Shown here: piece after piece, positions 19,253-30,082 of the stretch
Layout of the letters: each line of letters begins with the position of its first letter
Numbering within the stretch: position 1 is the stretch's first letter
NCBI GenBank assembly: GCA_021841155.1
Contig: JAKBVU010000001.1
Location: 10,112 to 74,111 of the forward strand
Direction: 5' to 3'
Origin: a bacterium
GTDB lineage: Bacteria; Patescibacteriota; Saccharimonadia; Saccharimonadales; UBA4665
DNA length: 64,000 nucleotides
Position numbers and translations under genes: made by a program
The notes under the pieces: model-generated
Database searches by the model: none
Seen by the model: the letters and a program-made list of their open reading frames with translations, nothing else
Told to the model about the DNA's origin: nothing

Positions 19253-22200
19253 TTAATCAATATTTTCAACCTCATTTTTATCACTGGCTTTATAGCCTGT
19301 ACCGACAGGTATTTTTCGACCAAGTATAACATTTTCTTTCAAACCAAATAATTTATCAACCTTACCACTAGTTGCGGCTGTAATCAAAACTCTAGTTGTA
19401 TCCTGGAATGAAGCAGCTGACAAAAACGAATCCGTACTCAAACTAGCTTTAGTAATTCCTAACAATAGTTGGTTAACGACGGCTGGTTTTTTATTGTTTT
19501 TAATTAGTTCAAGATTAGCTTCATGAACCGCTAATTTAGAAACAACATCTCCGATTACAAATTCCGATTCACCCGGGTCCTCAATTTGAACTCTAGAGAA
19601 CATTTGTCTGACAATAATCTCTAAATGTTTTGGTGCAATATTTTGACCCTGTCCAGCAAAAATTAACAAAACTTCGTTCATGATATATCGTTGAGTTGCT
19701 TCAACACCCTGTAATCGTAGTAAGTCTTGCAAATTAACTGATCCAGCGGATAATTTTTGACCAGCTTGAACTGATTGACCATCTTCAACTAATAATTTTC
19801 GAAAAGTCGGAATTTCGTATTTTAAAACATTCTGTTGGAAAGGTCTAAGAATAATCTTATTACCATCAATTTCGACTTGACCGTTTAATGGAGCAACAAT
19901 CTTGTCTGAACCATCTTCTAAACAAGCTAAAATATCTCCAGAAACAACCTCAGAATTATCGGCAATCAATGGTTTGCGTTCACCTAGAGTATATTTTATT
20001 GGTTTAATGTCTTTAGCCGTAATATGAAGAATATAATTATTGCTATCTTCCCTAACACTTACCAAACCATCAATTTCAGACAATAAAGCTTGACCTTTTG
20101 GATTACGAGCTTCAAATAACTCTTCAATACGAGATAAACCTTGAGCTGTGTCGTCTTGTAAAATAGAACCAGCTCTATGCTTACTATCTAAGCTTAACTG
20201 AGTACCTGGTTCACCAATACTTTGAGCCGCAATCACGCCAATTGGACTATGATTTTCAACTAATTTACCGGTTCCTGGATCAATTCCGTAAGATTTAACA
20301 GGAACTCCTGTTACATTCGTACAACTTAAAACACTTTTAATTTTGACCGAAACCACTTTACTATCAGAATCAATCGCTTCAGCAATTTCATCAGTAATTA
20401 ACTGATCAACTTCAACATAATCCTTGACTTTTTCGGCTGCAAATCTACCAGTAAGTTTCGAAGCGAAACTAACATTAATATATTCTGCATCTTCTCGATA
20501 AACCGTAAATCCATTATCGGTCACTTCGTCATCATCAACAGTAAAAACATCTTGGCTGACATCGACTAATCGTCGAGTCAAATAACCAGCATCAGCAGTT
20601 TTTAAAGCAATGTCAATTAACGACTTACGATTTCCTCTTGTACCCGTAAAATACTCAAGAGGATCTAGACCCTGCATATAGTTTGATTTTACCGGTAATT
20701 CAATCGGATTACCGGAAGCGTCAGAAAACATTCCCAAAATTCCAACGGCTTTTTTCATTTGAGAAACATCACCTCTAGCGCCAGAATTAATAGCAATTGC
20801 CATAGTCGAATTGATATTTTGTACTTGATCAACAACTAAATCTTGAACTTTGTTATCAACACTCTTCCAAGCTTCAATGACTAATCGGTGTCTTTCTTCT
20901 TCAGCAATAAAACCATTTAAATACTGATCAGCAATTTCAGCAGTTTTTTCATTACCTTCAACCAATAATTCATTTAGACCGTTCATAGAGATAAAGTCTT
21001 TTGTGCCAATCGAAAGACCAGAAACTGTAGCATATCTAAAACCTAATTCTTTTAGAGTGTCAGCAATTTCAGCAGTTTTTTCTTGACCATATCGTTGATA
21101 AAACTTTAAAACAACTGATTGTAATTGTTTTTTAGTCATTTCGGTATCTTGAAAAGGAAAGTCATCTGGAAAAATTTCATTAAAAATAAAACGACCAAGG
21201 GTAGATTGTTGAATCTTATTTCTAAACGGTATTCTAATTGTAGATTGTAATTTAATTAAATGCTTGTCGTACGCAAAAATTGCTTCATCTAAAGACATAA
21301 AGGTATGGACTGTTTTTGTGTCAATTCTTTTATCATTAAAAGTAAGATAATAACAACCCAAAACAATATCTTGTTCAATGTGAAGCATAGATGTACCGTC
21401 AGCTGGTTTTAACAAATTATGTCTCGGAGTCATGATTTCTTTAGCTTCATCTTGAGCTTCTTGACTTAATGGTAAATGTACGGCCATTTGGTCACCATCA
21501 AAATCAGCATTAAAACCCTTACAAACTAAGGGGTGAAGCTGAATAGCTCGACCTTCAATTAAAACTGGTTGAAAAGCTTGAACGCTTAAACGATGTAAGC
21601 TCGGTGCTCGGTTCAAAAGAACATATTTATTCTGAATCACTTCATCTAAAGCATCCCAAACAACATTATCACTACTTTCAATTAAACGTGTAGCACTTCT
21701 AATATTATGAGCTAAATCTCTAGCAATCAATTCACCAATAACGAAAGGTTTAAATAATTCAAGAGCCATCATTTTAGGTAAACCACATTGATCAATATTA
21801 AGATTAGGCCCAGATACAATAACTGATCGACCAGAATAGTCAACTCTTTTACCTAGTAAATTCTGTCTAAAACGACCCTGTTTACCCTTCAATAAATCCG
21901 ACAAACTCTTTAATTTACGTCTTTGACCAGTAGTAGCCACGGCTTTACCGTTTCTATTACTGTTATTATCAATTAAAGCATCAACAGCTTCCTGTAACAT
22001 TCTCTGCTCGTTGCGTCGAATAACTTCTGGCGCATTTAAATCAATCAATTTTTTAAGTCGATTGTTACGATTAATGATTCGACGATAAAGATCGTTTAAA
22101 TCACTGGTTGCAAATCTTCCACCTGTTAACTGAACCATTGGTCTTAAATCCGGTGGGATGACTGGTAAGACTGAAATACAGAGAGATCCGGGCTGAATAT

Positions 22201-23065
22201 TGGCTTTATTCATATTTTCAATCAATCTTAATCTTTTCATTAATTTCTTTTTTCGTTGACCTTTTGATTCTTCAGTTTCTTTATTTAACTCTTTAATTAA
22301 ATCTTCCAGTTTAATTTCATCTAATAAATCTTTAATAGTTGAACCGCCCATACCAACTTTAACTAGACTTCTCAAATCATCACTTAGATTACGGTAATCA
22401 TTCTCATTAATTAAATTCAGTTTTTCTAAAGCAGTAATTTGATTTTTAAAAATTTCAAATTCTTTAGTTAGATTTTCTAGTTCTTTAGTCTGTGCTGTAG
22501 CTAAAGATTTGACGTTAGCTCCATCAGCCTCGGCTTCTTTTTCATATCTTAATTTAATAGCTTCTTTAGCAGCCTCAAATTCAGCTTCTTTATCTTCTAA
22601 TATCTGATCTCGTTTTTGGACATCAACATCCTTGATAATATAACTAGCAAAATAGGTTACTCGTTCCAAATTTTTAACAGTCATTCCTAGTAATAATCCA
22701 ATAGCACTAGGAGTTCCTCTTAAGAACCAAATATGAGCAACGGGTACAGCTAAGCTAATATGACCCATTCTTTCGCGTCTAACAATAGATTTGGTGACTA
22801 ATTCACCATTTTTATCAACAGCAGCTTCGCGGCTACGAATACCTTTAAACTTACTATCGTGTGGGTTAATATCTTTAACAGGACCAAAAATTCTTTCACA
22901 AAACAAACCATCTCTTTCTGGTTTTTGTGTGCGATAATTAATGGTTTCTGGTTTAGTGACTTCTCCATAGCTCCAATCTAAAATATCGGCCGGTCCAGCT
23001 ACAGCTAATTTAACGGCATCAAAATTAGTAATATCGATTGAATTATTATTATAACTAATCCTCAT
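19253..23065 (-). CDS. rpoC: DNA-directed RNA polymerase subunit beta'
   Basis: 1270-aa ORF with the catalytic NADFDGDQM motif. The start overlaps the rpoB 3' end by 11 nt, with GAGGAG 9 nt upstream. Confidence 0.97.
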   Translation of the reverse strand: MRISYNNNSIDITNFDAVKLAVAGPADILDWSYGEVTKPETINYRTQKPERDGLFCERIFGPVKDINPHDSKFKGIRSREAAVDKNGELVTKSIVRRERMGHISLAVPVAHIWFLRGTPSAIGLLLGMTVKNLERVTYFASYIIKDVDVQKRDQILEDKEAEFEAAKEAIKLRYEKEAEADGANVKSLATAQTKELENLTKEFEIFKNQITALEKLNLINENDYRNLSDDLRSLVKVGMGGSTIKDLLDEIKLEDLIKELNKETEESKGQRKKKLMKRLRLIENMNKANIQPGSLCISVLPVIPPDLRPMVQLTGGRFATSDLNDLYRRIINRNNRLKKLIDLNAPEVIRRNEQRMLQEAVDALIDNNSNRNGKAVATTGQRRKLKSLSDLLKGKQGRFRQNLLGKRVDYSGRSVIVSGPNLNIDQCGLPKMMALELFKPFVIGELIARDLAHNIRSATRLIESSDNVVWDALDEVIQNKYVLLNRAPSLHRLSVQAFQPVLIEGRAIQLHPLVCKGFNADFDGDQMAVHLPLSQEAQDEAKEIMTPRHNLLKPADGTSMLHIEQDIVLGCYYLTFNDKRIDTKTVHTFMSLDEAIFAYDKHLIKLQSTIRIPFRNKIQQSTLGRFIFNEIFPDDFPFQDTEMTKKQLQSVVLKFYQRYGQEKTAEIADTLKELGFRYATVSGLSIGTKDFISMNGLNELLVEGNEKTAEIADQYLNGFIAEEERHRLVIEAWKSVDNKVQDLVVDQVQNINSTMAIAINSGARGDVSQMKKAVGILGMFSDASGNPIELPVKSNYMQGLDPLEYFTGTRGNRKSLIDIALKTADAGYLTRRLVDVSQDVFTVDDDEVTDNGFTVYREDAEYINVSFASKLTGRFAAEKVKDYVEVDQLITDEIAEAIDSDSKVVSVKIKSVLSCTNVTGVPVKSYGIDPGTGKLVENHSPIGVIAAQSIGEPGTQLSLDSKHRAGSILQDDTAQGLSRIEELFEARNPKGQALLSEIDGLVSVREDSNNYILHITAKDIKPIKYTLGERKPLIADNSEVVSGDILACLEDGSDKIVAPLNGQVEIDGNKIILRPFQQNVLKYEIPTFRKLLVEDGQSVQAGQKLSAGSVNLQDLLRLQGVEATQRYIMNEVLLIFAGQGQNIAPKHLEIIVRQMFSRVQIEDPGESEFVIGDVVSKLAVHEANLELIKNNKKPAVVNQLLLGITKASLSTDSFLSAASFQDTTRVLITAATSGKVDKLFGLKENVILGRKIPVGTGYKASDKNEVENID
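20928..20950. repeat. Copy 1 of a 23-nt perfect direct repeat inside rpoC
   Basis: tcagcaatttcagcagttttttc, identical to 21060..21082. Encodes EKTAEIAD. Confidence 0.9.
21060..21082. repeat. Copy 2 of a 23-nt perfect direct repeat inside rpoC
   Basis: tcagcaatttcagcagttttttc, offset 132 nt (44 codons, in frame) from copy 1. Confidence 0.9.
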
Positions 23066-26000
23066 TAGAAATCTCCTCTTCCTGATCTTTTAAATCATCA
23101 TCGGTTACTGTTGTTGATAGTACGCTATCGTTTGAACTTAAATCATCATCAAGATCAACTAGAGAATAATCATCACCAGGAATATCACTGGTTACGTCAA
23201 TATCAGAAATTTCACTAACGGGCATATCAATTTTTGACGGATGAATTGCTTCTTTATGAATAGCTGTTGCAAGAACTTCTTCAGCATCAATCACACTATT
23301 TGAATTAATTAAATCAACCTTTAAGCCTAAGCCTTGTAATTCTTTAACTAAAACGTTAAAACTTTCCGGTACTTTAGGACCAATAATTGCCGTCTGTTTA
23401 ATGATTGATTCATAAGCCTTAGATCTTCCATAAACATCGTCTGATTTAATGGTCAACATCTCTTGAAGAATATTACTAGCTCCATAAGCCTCAAGTGCCC
23501 AAACTTCCATCTCGCCAAAACGTTGTCCTCCATTTTGTGCCTTACCACCAAGTGGTTGCTGAGTCACCATTGTGTATGGTCCAGTCGAACGAGCATGAAT
23601 CTTATCGACTACCATGTGATCTAATTTAATCATGTACATAACACCGACTGTAGTTCTCTCTTCAAAAGCTTCACCGGTTAAACCGTCATAAAGTTGTTGC
23701 TTACCATCTCTTGATAAACCAGCTTCATCAAGTAAATCTTGAATTTTTTCAAGCGGAACACCGTTAAAAGAAGGTGTAGCAACTTTAATACCTAGAGCCT
23801 TAGCCGCCATACCAAGATTAGTCTCGAAAAGCTGACCTAAGTTCATGCGAGAAGGCACACCTAGTGGATTTAAAATAATATCTATAGGAGTACCATCTTC
23901 CAAAAATGGCATATCTTCAACTGGTAAAATTCGAGCAATGACACCCTTATTGCCGTGACGACCACCCATTTTATCACCAACAGATATTTTACGCATTTGG
24001 GCAACAAAAACTTTAATCTGTTTAATCACACCGGTCTTTAATTCATGACCATTTTCTTTGGAATAAACTTTAACACCAACAACTTTACCGTGTTTACCGT
24101 TACTCATTCGCTGAGAAGTATCTCTTACTTCTTTAGCTTTTTCACCAAAAATTGCTCTTAGAAGTCTTTCTTCTGAACTTAACTCTTGTTCACCTTTTGG
24201 AGTAATTTTACCAATCAAAATATCGCCAGGATGAACTTCTGCGCCGATTCTAACGATACCATCTTCGTCAAGATGTCTAAGTGATTCCTCTGAAACATTA
24301 GGAATATCTCGGGTGACGATTTCAGGACCCAATTTTGTTTCTCTAACTTCAACCATAAAATCAATAATATGAATTGATGTTAAAGAATCGTCTTCAACTA
24401 ATCGGCGACTAATAATCATCGCATCTTCAAAGTTGTAACCACCCCACGACATAAAGGCAACCAACAAATCTTTTCCTAAAGCTAACTCGCCATTTTGGAT
24501 TGACATACCTTCAATCATTGGTTGACCCTTAGTAACTTTCTGGCCAGTTTTAATAATAACTTTCTGGTTAATACTGGTACCCTTGTTACTTCTGACAAAT
24601 CTTTGTGGATGATAAGTTTTGGTATGATTCTTGTATCTGACGACAACTTGTTGAGCATTAGCCTCAATAACTTCACCGTCTTCTTCAGCAAAAATAATTT
24701 GACCAGAATTCTTAGCTACAATCTCCTCTAAGCCCGTCCCAACAGTTGGACTTTCAGGTTTAATCAATGGAATAGCTTGTCTTTGTTGGTTACTACCCAT
24801 TAAAGATCTTAAAACTTGGTTTTTTTCAACAAAAGGTACCAAACCAGCAGTTGAACCGATAATTTGATTATGCGCTGCGTCAATATAATTAACGTCGTTA
24901 GCATTGGCTTCACCGGCTTTTAGATTAATCCTAGCACTGACTCTTTCATCCTTAAAATAGCCTTTATCGTCTAGTTCAGCACCAATACCGGCTATAACCA
25001 CCGAAGCTTCTTGATCGGCGTCAAGATATTCAATTTGATCAGTAACTCGAGCTTTAATTGGCCAAGTCAATCGATCTGTTATTTTTTTCAATTTTTCAAT
25101 ATCATCTTTAGTAATAGTTTTATCTTTTTTAACAACTACTTTACCGTCTTTATCTTCATAATTAATAGCACTTATTTCACCTAATAATTGATCAGTTGGC
25201 AAAGCATTAACTACTTTTCTATATGGAGTTTCTAAAAAGCCGTATTGATTAACTTTTGTATAAATAGACATATTAAGTACTAAACCAATATTTGCACCTT
25301 CTGGAGTTTCAACGGCACAAATTCGACCATAGTGAGTAGCGTGAGCATCTCGAACATCAAAACCAGCTCGCTCTCGATTTAACCCACCAGGACCCATCGA
25401 ACTTAAACGTCGTTTAGTAGCTAATTCAGCTATAGGGTTAGTCTGTTCCATAAATTGACTAAGTTGAGAACTAGCAAAGAATTCTCGCACTGAAGCAACC
25501 ACTGGTCGAGCATTAATGAGCTGAGAAGGTGTAACAGTTTCTATGTCAGATAGAGACATCCTATCTTGAATATTCCGTTCCATACGAATTAAACCAATTC
25601 GAAATTGTCGTTGGACTAATTCACCAACTAATTTAATCCGTCGATTAGCTAAACTATCTATATCGTCTGGGTCTTCTTGGGTATTATTCAAACGAATAAC
25701 CTCAGCTATAATAGCGACAATATCTTCGATCCGAATAATTCGATTCTCAATGTCATTAGGAACTTCAAGATTTAATCTTTTATTAATCTTATAGCGTCCA
25801 ACAGAACCAAAATCAAAACGCTTAAAATTAAAAAGCATGTTTTCGATTGATTTTTTTGCATTATCGATAGTAACTAAATCTCCTGGCCTTAGCTTACGAT
25901 AAACGTCTATCAAAGCTTCATTTTGACCTTTTGTAGTATCTTTAGATAAAGAACTATCAATGTAATTAATTTTTTGATTATCGACATGTTTAAAAGCTTC

Positions 26001-26621
26001 TTTGATATCGGCTTCACTCAAACCTAAAGCTTTCAAAAGCGTTGTAATGACTATTTTTCTTTTCCGATCAATTTTAACAAAAATTGCGTTATTGGCAGCA
26101 GTTTCAAACTCAAGCCAAGCACCTCGACTAGGAATAACTTTAGCGCCATAGAGGTTATTGATACCGTGTCTTTCAGCTGTAAAAAAAACACCCGATGATC
26201 TAATTAATTGAGAGACAACAACTCTTTCTGCGCCATTAATAATAAAAGTTCCACGATCTGTCATCCAGGGATAATCACCAAGATAAATTTCTTGAGTTTT
26301 AACTTCTCCGGTAATTTTATTAACTAATTGAACATTAGAAAATAAGGGAGCTTCATAGGTAACATTATTTTCTTTAGCTTCAAATTCACTGATTTTCGGA
26401 TCCCCAAAATGGTAATCAATAAAAGATAATGTTAATTTAGTCCCGGTATAATCCTCAATTGGATTAATTTCAGCAAAAATTTCATTTAAGCCATCTTTAA
26501 CCAACCAATCAAATGATTTATTTTGATGCTCAATTAAATTAGGAATTTCAACAAACTGATCTTTTTTAGTAAAATAAACACGCTCATTTTTATTTTTTAT
26601 TTGCAAAGTTCCTTTTGCCAT
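23055..26621 (-). CDS. rpoB: DNA-directed RNA polymerase subunit beta, with an ~84-aa polyacidic C-terminal tail
   Basis: 1188-aa ORF with conserved beta blocks (GDKMGGRHGNKGV, QRFGEMEVWALEAYGA). The canonical C-terminus (...LQGLGLKVDL) is followed by a D/E/S-rich extension encoded at 23058..23309. Confidence 0.97.
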   Translation of the reverse strand: MAKGTLQIKNKNERVYFTKKDQFVEIPNLIEHQNKSFDWLVKDGLNEIFAEINPIEDYTGTKLTLSFIDYHFGDPKISEFEAKENNVTYEAPLFSNVQLVNKITGEVKTQEIYLGDYPWMTDRGTFIINGAERVVVSQLIRSSGVFFTAERHGINNLYGAKVIPSRGAWLEFETAANNAIFVKIDRKRKIVITTLLKALGLSEADIKEAFKHVDNQKINYIDSSLSKDTTKGQNEALIDVYRKLRPGDLVTIDNAKKSIENMLFNFKRFDFGSVGRYKINKRLNLEVPNDIENRIIRIEDIVAIIAEVIRLNNTQEDPDDIDSLANRRIKLVGELVQRQFRIGLIRMERNIQDRMSLSDIETVTPSQLINARPVVASVREFFASSQLSQFMEQTNPIAELATKRRLSSMGPGGLNRERAGFDVRDAHATHYGRICAVETPEGANIGLVLNMSIYTKVNQYGFLETPYRKVVNALPTDQLLGEISAINYEDKDGKVVVKKDKTITKDDIEKLKKITDRLTWPIKARVTDQIEYLDADQEASVVIAGIGAELDDKGYFKDERVSARINLKAGEANANDVNYIDAAHNQIIGSTAGLVPFVEKNQVLRSLMGSNQQRQAIPLIKPESPTVGTGLEEIVAKNSGQIIFAEEDGEVIEANAQQVVVRYKNHTKTYHPQRFVRSNKGTSINQKVIIKTGQKVTKGQPMIEGMSIQNGELALGKDLLVAFMSWGGYNFEDAMIISRRLVEDDSLTSIHIIDFMVEVRETKLGPEIVTRDIPNVSEESLRHLDEDGIVRIGAEVHPGDILIGKITPKGEQELSSEERLLRAIFGEKAKEVRDTSQRMSNGKHGKVVGVKVYSKENGHELKTGVIKQIKVFVAQMRKISVGDKMGGRHGNKGVIARILPVEDMPFLEDGTPIDIILNPLGVPSRMNLGQLFETNLGMAAKALGIKVATPSFNGVPLEKIQDLLDEAGLSRDGKQQLYDGLTGEAFEERTTVGVMYMIKLDHMVVDKIHARSTGPYTMVTQQPLGGKAQNGGQRFGEMEVWALEAYGASNILQEMLTIKSDDVYGRSKAYESIIKQTAIIGPKVPESFNVLVKELQGLGLKVDLINSNSVIDAEEVLATAIHKEAIHPSKIDMPVSEISDIDVTSDIPGDDYSLVDLDDDLSSNDSVLSTTVTDDDLKDQEEEISNED

Positions 26622-26771
26622 AAGTAAAATAGCCCTTCTTTTAAAACTAGCCTCAATATTAATTTGTAGATGTTATAAAACCACGAAGACCACTAAGCAA
26701 ATCAAAACAAGACCTAACTTACACTACTTCTTAATTTATATTGTTATAAATAAATAATAAAATGTCAAATA

Positions 26772-27392
26772 TTATTTTGTTTTAGCAGACTTACTATCTA
26801 GTTTAGTAATAATTTGATCAACAATACCGTAATCTTTAGCTTCTTGTGAAGTCAACCATTTGTCTCTTTCCATATCAGCATGAACCCTTTCAATCGGTTG
26901 AGATGTGTTTTCGGCAATAATAGATTCTAATAAATGTTTAATTCTTAGGCTTTCTTGCAAATCAATTTCTTGATCAGTTACTTTGCCACTAGTACCAGAA
27001 CTTGGTTGATGAATCATAACTGTAGCATTTGGTAATAAAAATCGTTTGCCTTTTGTGCCAGAACTTAGAATAAAAGCTGCTGCAGAAGCTTGGACGCCAA
27101 TACCAACAGTCTGAATATCGTTCTTAATGAATTTCATAGTATCGTAAATAGCAAAAGCATCATAGACAAAACCACCTGGACTATTGATGTAAATTGAAAT
27201 GTCTTTAGTTGAACTTTCAGCTTGTAAAAACAATAATTGAGCTACGATTAAATTAGCTGTAGTTTCATTGACTTCACCACTTAAGAATATGATTCTTTCT
27301 TTTAATAAGCGAGAGTAAATATCATAAGCACGTTCATAACGTCCTTCATTTTCAATTACTGTAGGCACTAACACTGAACTTCTTTTATCCAT
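26772..27392 (-). CDS. clpP: ATP-dependent Clp protease proteolytic subunit
   Basis: 206-aa ORF. Ser (GVQASAAAF), His (MIHQP) and Asp (MERDKW) align with the ClpP catalytic triad. Confidence 0.93.
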   Translation of the reverse strand: MDKRSSVLVPTVIENEGRYERAYDIYSRLLKERIIFLSGEVNETTANLIVAQLLFLQAESSTKDISIYINSPGGFVYDAFAIYDTMKFIKNDIQTVGIGVQASAAAFILSSGTKGKRFLLPNATVMIHQPSSGTSGKVTDQEIDLQESLRIKHLLESIIAENTSQPIERVHADMERDKWLTSQEAKDYGIVDQIITKLDSKSAKTK

Positions 27393-27398
27393 TCGTTC

Positions 27399-27427
27399 AT
27401 TTTAAATAATTAGCACTCGCATGTCAA
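27399..27427 (-). promoter_or_regulatory. clpP promoter, apparently leaderless
   Basis: Coding strand reads TTGACA (27427..27422), a 17-nt spacer, then TAAAAT (27404..27399), then exactly 6 nt to ATG 27392. No SD. Confidence 0.55.
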
Positions 27428-27436
27428 GAGTGCTGA
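27410..27436 (-). promoter_or_regulatory. CIRCE inverted repeat (HrcA operator) upstream of clpP
   Basis: Plus strand reads TTAGCACTC-gcatgtcaa-GAGTGCTga, a 17/18 match to TTAGCACTC-N9-GAGTGCTAA. It overlaps the tig stop codon. Confidence 0.8.
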
Positions 27437-28716
27437 GATTGAATATTTTCAATTAAATAGTTCAAAACTTTTTCAATCAGCATACGATTTCTTAAGTCTC
27501 TTAAATTATCGGGGTTATTAAACTGTTCCATCATAGCAGGATCGTTCTGGTAGTTACTTTTTAATGCAGTTATTTGCTGATCAAATTCTTGATCTGAAAC
27601 ACTAATTTTATTTTTTTGAGCCAATTCAGATAATATGATACCTGTTTTAATTTGACGTATAATCATTTTTTTTCTATCGTCGGTATATTCCTCTAAACTT
27701 AAACCTTGTTCTTTTAAGAATTCATCAACAGTTTGATTCTTTGATTGTAACTGTTTTTCCAGATCTTTCATATAGTTTTTTATTTCTAAATCAATCAAAT
27801 TATCCGGCAAACTAATTTGAGTCTTAGCCAATAATTCTTCCACTATATCTGTTTCTAATTTTTGACGTGATTGATCATCTTTATCTATTAATAATCGATC
27901 AGATAAAGCTTTTTTAAATTCATCAATTGTTTTAAATTGTCCAGCTTTTTGAGCTAATTCGTCATCAACTTTTGGCAATATTAATTTATTAATAGCCAAA
28001 ACCTTAACCTCAAATCTAACTTCCTGATTTTTGAGACTTGGTTCAAAATAATCTTTTGGAAATTTAATTTGAAATGTTTTTTCTTCATTGATCTTTAAGC
28101 CTATTAGTTGTTCTTCAAATCCTGGTATAAATTTATTAGATCCAACTATTAAAAAATAGTGCTCTGCTTGAGCTCCAACAATAGGTTCATTTTTTTGATC
28201 GAAACCCTTAAAATTAATCTCAACCTCGTCACCAGTAGCAACTTCAGTAGTTTTAGGTTGACGTTCAGCGATATTAAATTGAAAATCTTTGATAGCGTCA
28301 TTAAGTTCTTTTTCACTAATTTTATTTTTAGATATATTAACCTTAATATCATCTAAAGCCGGTAAGTCAATTTGACTAATGACATCAACCTCGAAAGATA
28401 ATTCTAATTGACTATAAGGAACAAATTTTTTTAAATTAACTTTTGGTTGCATGATAGGATTTATCTTTGACTCGGCGACAGCACCAATGTAGATCTGTTC
28501 GACAGTCTGATTCAAAAATTCATTTTCTAAAGTCTTAGGATCGATATTTTTTAATGCAATTTCATCAGGAACCATGCCTTTTCTAAAACCAGGTAAATTT
28601 AAATTCTTTTTTAATTGAGATAAAACTGCGTGATAATTTTTAGTTAATACTTCTTGATCGACACTGACATTAATCGTGACATTGGTGGGGCTATTGGTGG
28701 TAGTTTTTATATTCAT
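27424..28716 (-). CDS. tig: Trigger factor
   Basis: ORF track gives 27424..28752. I prefer ATG 28716 (MNIKTTTNSP...), which removes the overlap with hisS and has TGaTAAAGT 7 nt upstream. ~430 aa with an FKBP-type PPIase middle domain (GDEVEINFKGF...). tig-clpP adjacency. Confidence 0.88.
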   Translation of the reverse strand: MNIKTTTNSPTNVTINVSVDQEVLTKNYHAVLSQLKKNLNLPGFRKGMVPDEIALKNIDPKTLENEFLNQTVEQIYIGAVAESKINPIMQPKVNLKKFVPYSQLELSFEVDVISQIDLPALDDIKVNISKNKISEKELNDAIKDFQFNIAERQPKTTEVATGDEVEINFKGFDQKNEPIVGAQAEHYFLIVGSNKFIPGFEEQLIGLKINEEKTFQIKFPKDYFEPSLKNQEVRFEVKVLAINKLILPKVDDELAQKAGQFKTIDEFKKALSDRLLIDKDDQSRQKLETDIVEELLAKTQISLPDNLIDLEIKNYMKDLEKQLQSKNQTVDEFLKEQGLSLEEYTDDRKKMIIRQIKTGIILSELAQKNKISVSDQEFDQQITALKSNYQNDPAMMEQFNNPDNLRDLRNRMLIEKVLNYLIENIQSQHS

Positions 28717-28723
28717 CTTGAGT

Positions 28724-28732
28724 ACTTTATCA
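28724..28732 (-). promoter_or_regulatory. Extended -10 element for tig (leaderless pattern)
   Basis: Coding strand reads TGaTAAAGT, then 7 nt to ATG 28716. No SD. Confidence 0.4.
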
Positions 28733-28748
28733 TTTTCTGTCATAAAGT

Positions 28749-30068
28749 TCAAAATTTTGAAGCTTGATTTTGACGAATAGTTTCAACAACTCCTTCAAGG
28801 GATAGTTCAAGCTCTTGAGAAGTAATTAGATTTTTCAACTTAAATCTTCGACTAGAAATTTCATCTTCACCAACGGCCATAAAAAATGGAACATGTTTTT
28901 TAAGAGCTTTTTTGATTTGATGAGCTAATTTTTGATTGTTTTGAACCTCATAAACTCTTATTCCTTGATCCCTTAAGTAATTAATGATAGTCCTATCAAA
29001 TAAATTAGTTTGGCTTAAATTAACATAAAAAAGATCAGTTTCAACACTTAAATTAGGTAGAAGGCCATGACTTAAAATAAAATTTATCATAGTGGCATCA
29101 CCTAATCCAAAACCAATAGTAGGTATAGGTGGTACATCAAAAATTTTTAGTAAATTATCATAGCGACCACCACCCATCATCGATCGATTATTCTCAGGAT
29201 CAGTATCGTAAACTTCAAAAACAAAACCCGTATAATAATCAAATCCTCTGACTATAGTTGAATCAAATTCAAGATTTGTAAAATTAGCTTTTAAGACTTG
29301 AAAAAATTTAATAAAATTCTTTACAATCTCTTCATTCAATAAAATTTTAGGCAATTTATCAGGATTTTTATTATTTAAAATTTCTAACAACTTTTCGATT
29401 GTTTGATTTTGTTTTTGTTGGTCAGATAAAATTAAATCAAGCTGGTTAATAAAATCATCTAAATCCAACTTATGAAAACGATCAATTAGTTTAATAACCC
29501 GAAAAGATTGCGACTCATTTAACTTTAAATAATCTTTTAAAAAATAATCTGTTAAACTCCTATCATTAACATGAAATTGATACATTTTACGACTAGCCTT
29601 GAAGGATTTAAAAATTTTATCGGAAACTTCAAGAATTTCAAAGTTAGCTGATTCTATGTCATCTGAAAATAAATCAACATTCAACTGCCAATGTTCTCTA
29701 AAACGTCCTTTTTGTTGTCTTTCATACCGCCATAAATTTGGTATAGAATAAAGCCTCAAAGGATAAATCAACTCTTGCCTTTTTTTGGCCACCATGCGAG
29801 TAACCGACGGAGTCATTTCTGGTCTGATAGCTAATTTTCGTCCAGCTTTATCAACCAATGAATATGTTTGTTCATTAATAATTTCCTGTCCACTTTTAGC
29901 GGTATATATAGCTAAATCTTCTAATAAAGGCGCATCGTATTGTTCGTAGCCATAACTTTCTACAACTCTAATCCAGCAATCAAAAATATATCTTAAAATT
30001 CTTTTGTCTTCCGGATAAAAATCTCTAGCACCTTTATATGGATTTTTAGAAAGTTGAGTTTGGCTCAT
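28749..30068 (-). CDS. hisS: Histidine--tRNA ligase
   Basis: 439-aa class II aaRS with WRYERQQKGRFREHWQ (motif 2) and GGGRYDNL (HisRS signature). Confidence 0.93.
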   Translation of the reverse strand: MSQTQLSKNPYKGARDFYPEDKRILRYIFDCWIRVVESYGYEQYDAPLLEDLAIYTAKSGQEIINEQTYSLVDKAGRKLAIRPEMTPSVTRMVAKKRQELIYPLRLYSIPNLWRYERQQKGRFREHWQLNVDLFSDDIESANFEILEVSDKIFKSFKASRKMYQFHVNDRSLTDYFLKDYLKLNESQSFRVIKLIDRFHKLDLDDFINQLDLILSDQQKQNQTIEKLLEILNNKNPDKLPKILLNEEIVKNFIKFFQVLKANFTNLEFDSTIVRGFDYYTGFVFEVYDTDPENNRSMMGGGRYDNLLKIFDVPPIPTIGFGLGDATMINFILSHGLLPNLSVETDLFYVNLSQTNLFDRTIINYLRDQGIRVYEVQNNQKLAHQIKKALKKHVPFFMAVGEDEISSRRFKLKNLITSQELELSLEGVVETIRQNQASKF

Positions 30069-30076
30069 ATCAATCT

Positions 30077-30082
30077 ATTATA
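30077..30082 (-). promoter_or_regulatory. -10 box for hisS (leaderless pattern)
   Basis: Coding strand reads TATAAT, then 8 nt to ATG 30068. The hexamer contains the TAA stop of the upstream ORF. No SD. Confidence 0.4.

Noticed and set aside
24522-24731. 69-aa plus-strand ORF antisense to rpoB
   Set aside because: It is a shadow ORF opposite conserved beta-subunit sequence.
26622-26771. 150-nt clpP-rpoB spacer examined for a promoter, a clpP terminator or an L10-leader-like element
   Set aside because: There is a TTGACA at the clpP-proximal end, but only weak -10 candidates (AACAAT at 17 nt). I found no convincing hairpin. rplKAJL are absent, so there is no L10 leader context. It is too ambiguous to call.
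28149-28356. Two ~65-aa ORFs (one per strand) inside tig
   Set aside because: They lie in a low-complexity Lys/Leu/Ile-rich region within the trigger factor gene. They are frame artefacts.
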